A stretch of DNA of 64,000 nucleotides from an uncultured delta proteobacterium (lineage in GTDB: Bacteria; Desulfobacterota; Desulfobacteria; Desulfobacterales; Desulfosalsimonadaceae): NCBI GenBank assembly GCA_963826785.1, contig CAWGYD010000006.1:704001-768000 (forward strand), written 5' to 3'. Positions 61,531-64,000 of the stretch are shown here, piece by piece (within the stretch, counting starts at the first letter, position 1; every line of letters begins with the position of its first letter). The notes beneath the pieces are model-generated. The model was not told the DNA's origin. It worked only from the letters and a program-made list of their open reading frames with translations, and ran no database searches. A program made the position numbers and the translations under genes.

Positions 61531-62814
61531 TTATTTCCGCTGGTCGATGGGCACGTAGGGCATTTCATTATTCCCCATGTAGATCTGCCGGGGGCGGCAC
61601 AGCTTCTGCTCCGGGTCGTCCAGGTTTTCCTTCCACTGGGCGATCCAGCCGGGCAGGCGGCCGATGGCGAACATGACGGTGAACATATTGGTGGGGATGC
61701 CCATGGCCCGCATGACGATTCCGCTGTAAAAATCGACATTCGGATACAGGTTGTGGTCGATGAAATAAGGGTCGCTCAATGCCACTTCCTCCAGGCGCTT
61801 GGCGATTTCCAGCTTGGGATCATCGACTTTCATCTTGGCCAGCACCTTGTGGCAGACCTCCTTCATGATCTTGGCCCGGGGGTCATAGGTCTTGTAGACC
61901 CGGTGGCCGAACCCCATCAGCCGGAAGGGATCGGCCTTGTCCTTGGCCCGGCGCACCACTTCATCGATGCTCAGCCCTTCCTTTTCGATCCGCGTCAGCA
62001 TTTCGATCACGGCCTGGTTGGCCCCGCCGTGCAGCGGCCCCCACAGGGCGCTGATCCCCGCCGACAGGGAGGCATAGATGTTGGCCAGCCCGCTTCCCAC
62101 GGTTCTCACCGTGGCCGTGGAGCAGTTCTGCTCGTGGTCTGCGTGCAGAATCCAGAAAACATTCAGTGCTTTGACCAGGTCGCTGTCCACCTCATAGGGT
62201 TTGACCGGGCTGTCGAACATCATGTTTAGAAAATTGGCGCAGTAGGTGTACTGGGGCAGGGGGTAGATGACCTTGTGCCCCATTGAGATCTTGTAGGACA
62301 TGGCCGCCATGGTCCGGACCTTGGACAGCAGCCGCAAAAAGGTCCGTTCGAATCCCTCGTCCGTATCGATGAGTTCGGGGTAGAAACTTCTCAGCGCGTT
62401 GACCATGGCAGACAGAATGCCCATGGGGTGGGAGCCCCGGGGAAAGCTCTGATAGAAGATCTGCATGTCTTCATGGACCAGGGAATGATCGTTCAGCATC
62501 ACGCTGGTACGGGTCAGTTCCTCCCGGCTGGGAAGCTTGCCGTTGATGAGAAGGTAGCTTGTTTCCACAAATGAGGAGTGTGCGGCCAGCTGCTCGATGG
62601 GGATGCCCCGGTAGCGCAGAATTCCTTTTTCCCCGTCCATGAAGGTGATGGCGCTCTTGCAGCATCCGGTGTCTGCGTAGCCGGGGTCATAGGTGATATA
62701 CCCGGTGGACGGCCGCAGGGCACGGATGTCGATCGCTTTTTCGCCTTCCGATCCGGTGATGATGGGAAGCTCAAGGGTTTTTCCGTCTACTGTCAGGGTG
62801 GCAAATTCGCTCAT
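61531..62814 (-). CDS. gltA: Citrate synthase (type II)
   Basis: HADHEQNCST, GPLHGGAN, GFGHRVY, YPNVDFYSG. Confidence 0.96.
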   Translation of the reverse strand: MSEFATLTVDGKTLELPIITGSEGEKAIDIRALRPSTGYITYDPGYADTGCCKSAITFMDGEKGILRYRGIPIEQLAAHSSFVETSYLLINGKLPSREELTRTSVMLNDHSLVHEDMQIFYQSFPRGSHPMGILSAMVNALRSFYPELIDTDEGFERTFLRLLSKVRTMAAMSYKISMGHKVIYPLPQYTYCANFLNMMFDSPVKPYEVDSDLVKALNVFWILHADHEQNCSTATVRTVGSGLANIYASLSAGISALWGPLHGGANQAVIEMLTRIEKEGLSIDEVVRRAKDKADPFRLMGFGHRVYKTYDPRAKIMKEVCHKVLAKMKVDDPKLEIAKRLEEVALSDPYFIDHNLYPNVDFYSGIVMRAMGIPTNMFTVMFAIGRLPGWIAQWKENLDDPEQKLCRPRQIYMGNNEMPYVPIDQRK

Positions 62815-63019
62815 GATCATGTCCTTTTGACCAAAAAATTTCTGGATGCCAGTATCGCATTGCGCGCCTAAATTTTATTTGTGGATAATTGACGATAGTT
62901 GTTTATCATCAAAGAAAAAAAATGGCCACATTATCCGCAGTCGGCAAACCGGTCAAGAAATAAGTCGGTTTTTGATTTTGGAAGTCTTCGGAAAACAGGG
63001 GCAGGAAAGTCCGCGTAAA

Positions 63020-64000
63020 TCAGTTGGTGCGGGATTTGGCGCCCATGGGCCGGGATGTCTCCAGCATCTCCCGGGCATGCTCCCGGGTGGCCGCGGTGAT
63101 GTCGGCGCCGCCGATCATGCGGGCGGTTTCCTCCAGGCGCCGGCCGCTGTCCAGCAGGAAAATGCGGGTGCAGGTGCGGCCCTGTTCCACCTGTTTTTCA
63201 ATCTTGAAATGGTGATGGGCGAATTTGGCGATCTGGGCCTGGTGGGTGATGCAGATCACCTGTGACCAGGCGGACAACGCGGCCAGTTTGAGGCCCACCA
63301 CCTCGGCGACTTCCCCTCCGATGCCGGCGTCCACTTCATCGAATATGAGAGTGGCGGTGGCGTCCCTGCCCGCCATGATCGACTTGATGGCCAGGACCAC
63401 CCGGGAGAGTTCCCCCCCCGAGGCGATGGCGGACAGCGGCTTGACCGCTTCCCCCACGTTGGGGGCGATCAGGAAACGAACCTGTTCCGCACCGGTTTCG
63501 GAAAGCGGCCGGCCGTCGGCAACCAGGTATTCGGAGGCCTGGCGGATGCGATGGGGTTCAAAAGCCACATCCATTCGGGTATGGGGCATTTTCAGCAACC
63601 CGAGTTCTTCTTCGATCCGCCGGGTCAGGTCTGTTGCGGCCTCACGCCGCTTCTGGCTCAGGTCCTCACACAAACTTCTCAGTTCCTGATGTTTTTGTTC
63701 GAGCCGATGCTTCAGCTCGGCAATCTTGTCGGACAGGTTTTCAAGGGCCTCCAGCTGGCATCGGATGTCGGTCAGGTAGTCGGATACTGCCGCAAGGGAG
63801 CCGCCGTACTTGCGTTGAAGCCGGTTTAAACAATCGATCCGGGCTTCGATTTCTTCAATCCGCAGTTCATCAAACTCGATTCTATCCGCATAGGCGCGCA
63901 GTTTTGAGGACACATCCTCGATCTTAAACGCCGCATCCGCCAGTTCCGCATGGTCACCTGACAGGTCCTGATCGATCCGGGCGGCCTTTTCCAGCTCCTT
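63020..64000 (-). CDS. recN: DNA repair protein RecN (5' part outside the window)
   Basis: ASGGELSR, LIFDEVDAGIGG, ITHQAQIA. Confidence 0.95.
   Translation of the reverse strand, partial: KELEKAARIDQDLSGDHAELADAAFKIEDVSSKLRAYADRIEFDELRIEEIEARIDCLNRLQRKYGGSLAAVSDYLTDIRCQLEALENLSDKIAELKHRLEQKHQELRSLCEDLSQKRREAATDLTRRIEEELGLLKMPHTRMDVAFEPHRIRQASEYLVADGRPLSETGAEQVRFLIAPNVGEAVKPLSAIASGGELSRVVLAIKSIMAGRDATATLIFDEVDAGIGGEVAEVVGLKLAALSAWSQVICITHQAQIAKFAHHHFKIEKQVEQGRTCTRIFLLDSGRRLEETARMIGGADITAATREHAREMLETSRPMGAKSRTN

Overview
Probable Desulfobacterales-like deltaproteobacterial DNA in two parts. (1) Positions 1 to about 31.7 kb form an AT-richer accessory island. It holds 12 same-orientation, diverged ~100-bp direct repeats (approximate consensus CTTGCCA..CAATCC..CCCATGAA..GATCTGGCAATCCTC..N~15..GCATTACTGCCAGNCCATAGCCGNA). 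These delimit 1-4 kb cargo modules (hydrolases, protease, regulators, transporters, toxin-antitoxin (TA) genes). The array ends immediately upstream of a tyrosine recombinase coupled to an IS91-type HUH transposase. This looks like an integron-like gene-cassette array that does not use attC sites or an IntI integrase, and it is the main candidate novel system. The island also has IS701- and IS110-family insertions, a cluster of TA genes and remnants, and many frameshifts. (2) Positions ~32-64 kb are GC-richer, intact core-like genome: a complete 10-gene type II fatty-acid-synthesis-like cluster interspersed with C/G-tract REP-like palindromes, an aldehyde dehydrogenase, an OmpA pair, serA, an MscS channel, a hybrid kinase, priA, an ADP-forming acyl-CoA synthetase, gltA and partial recN. 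All calls come from reading the sequence and motifs by eye; no database searches were run.
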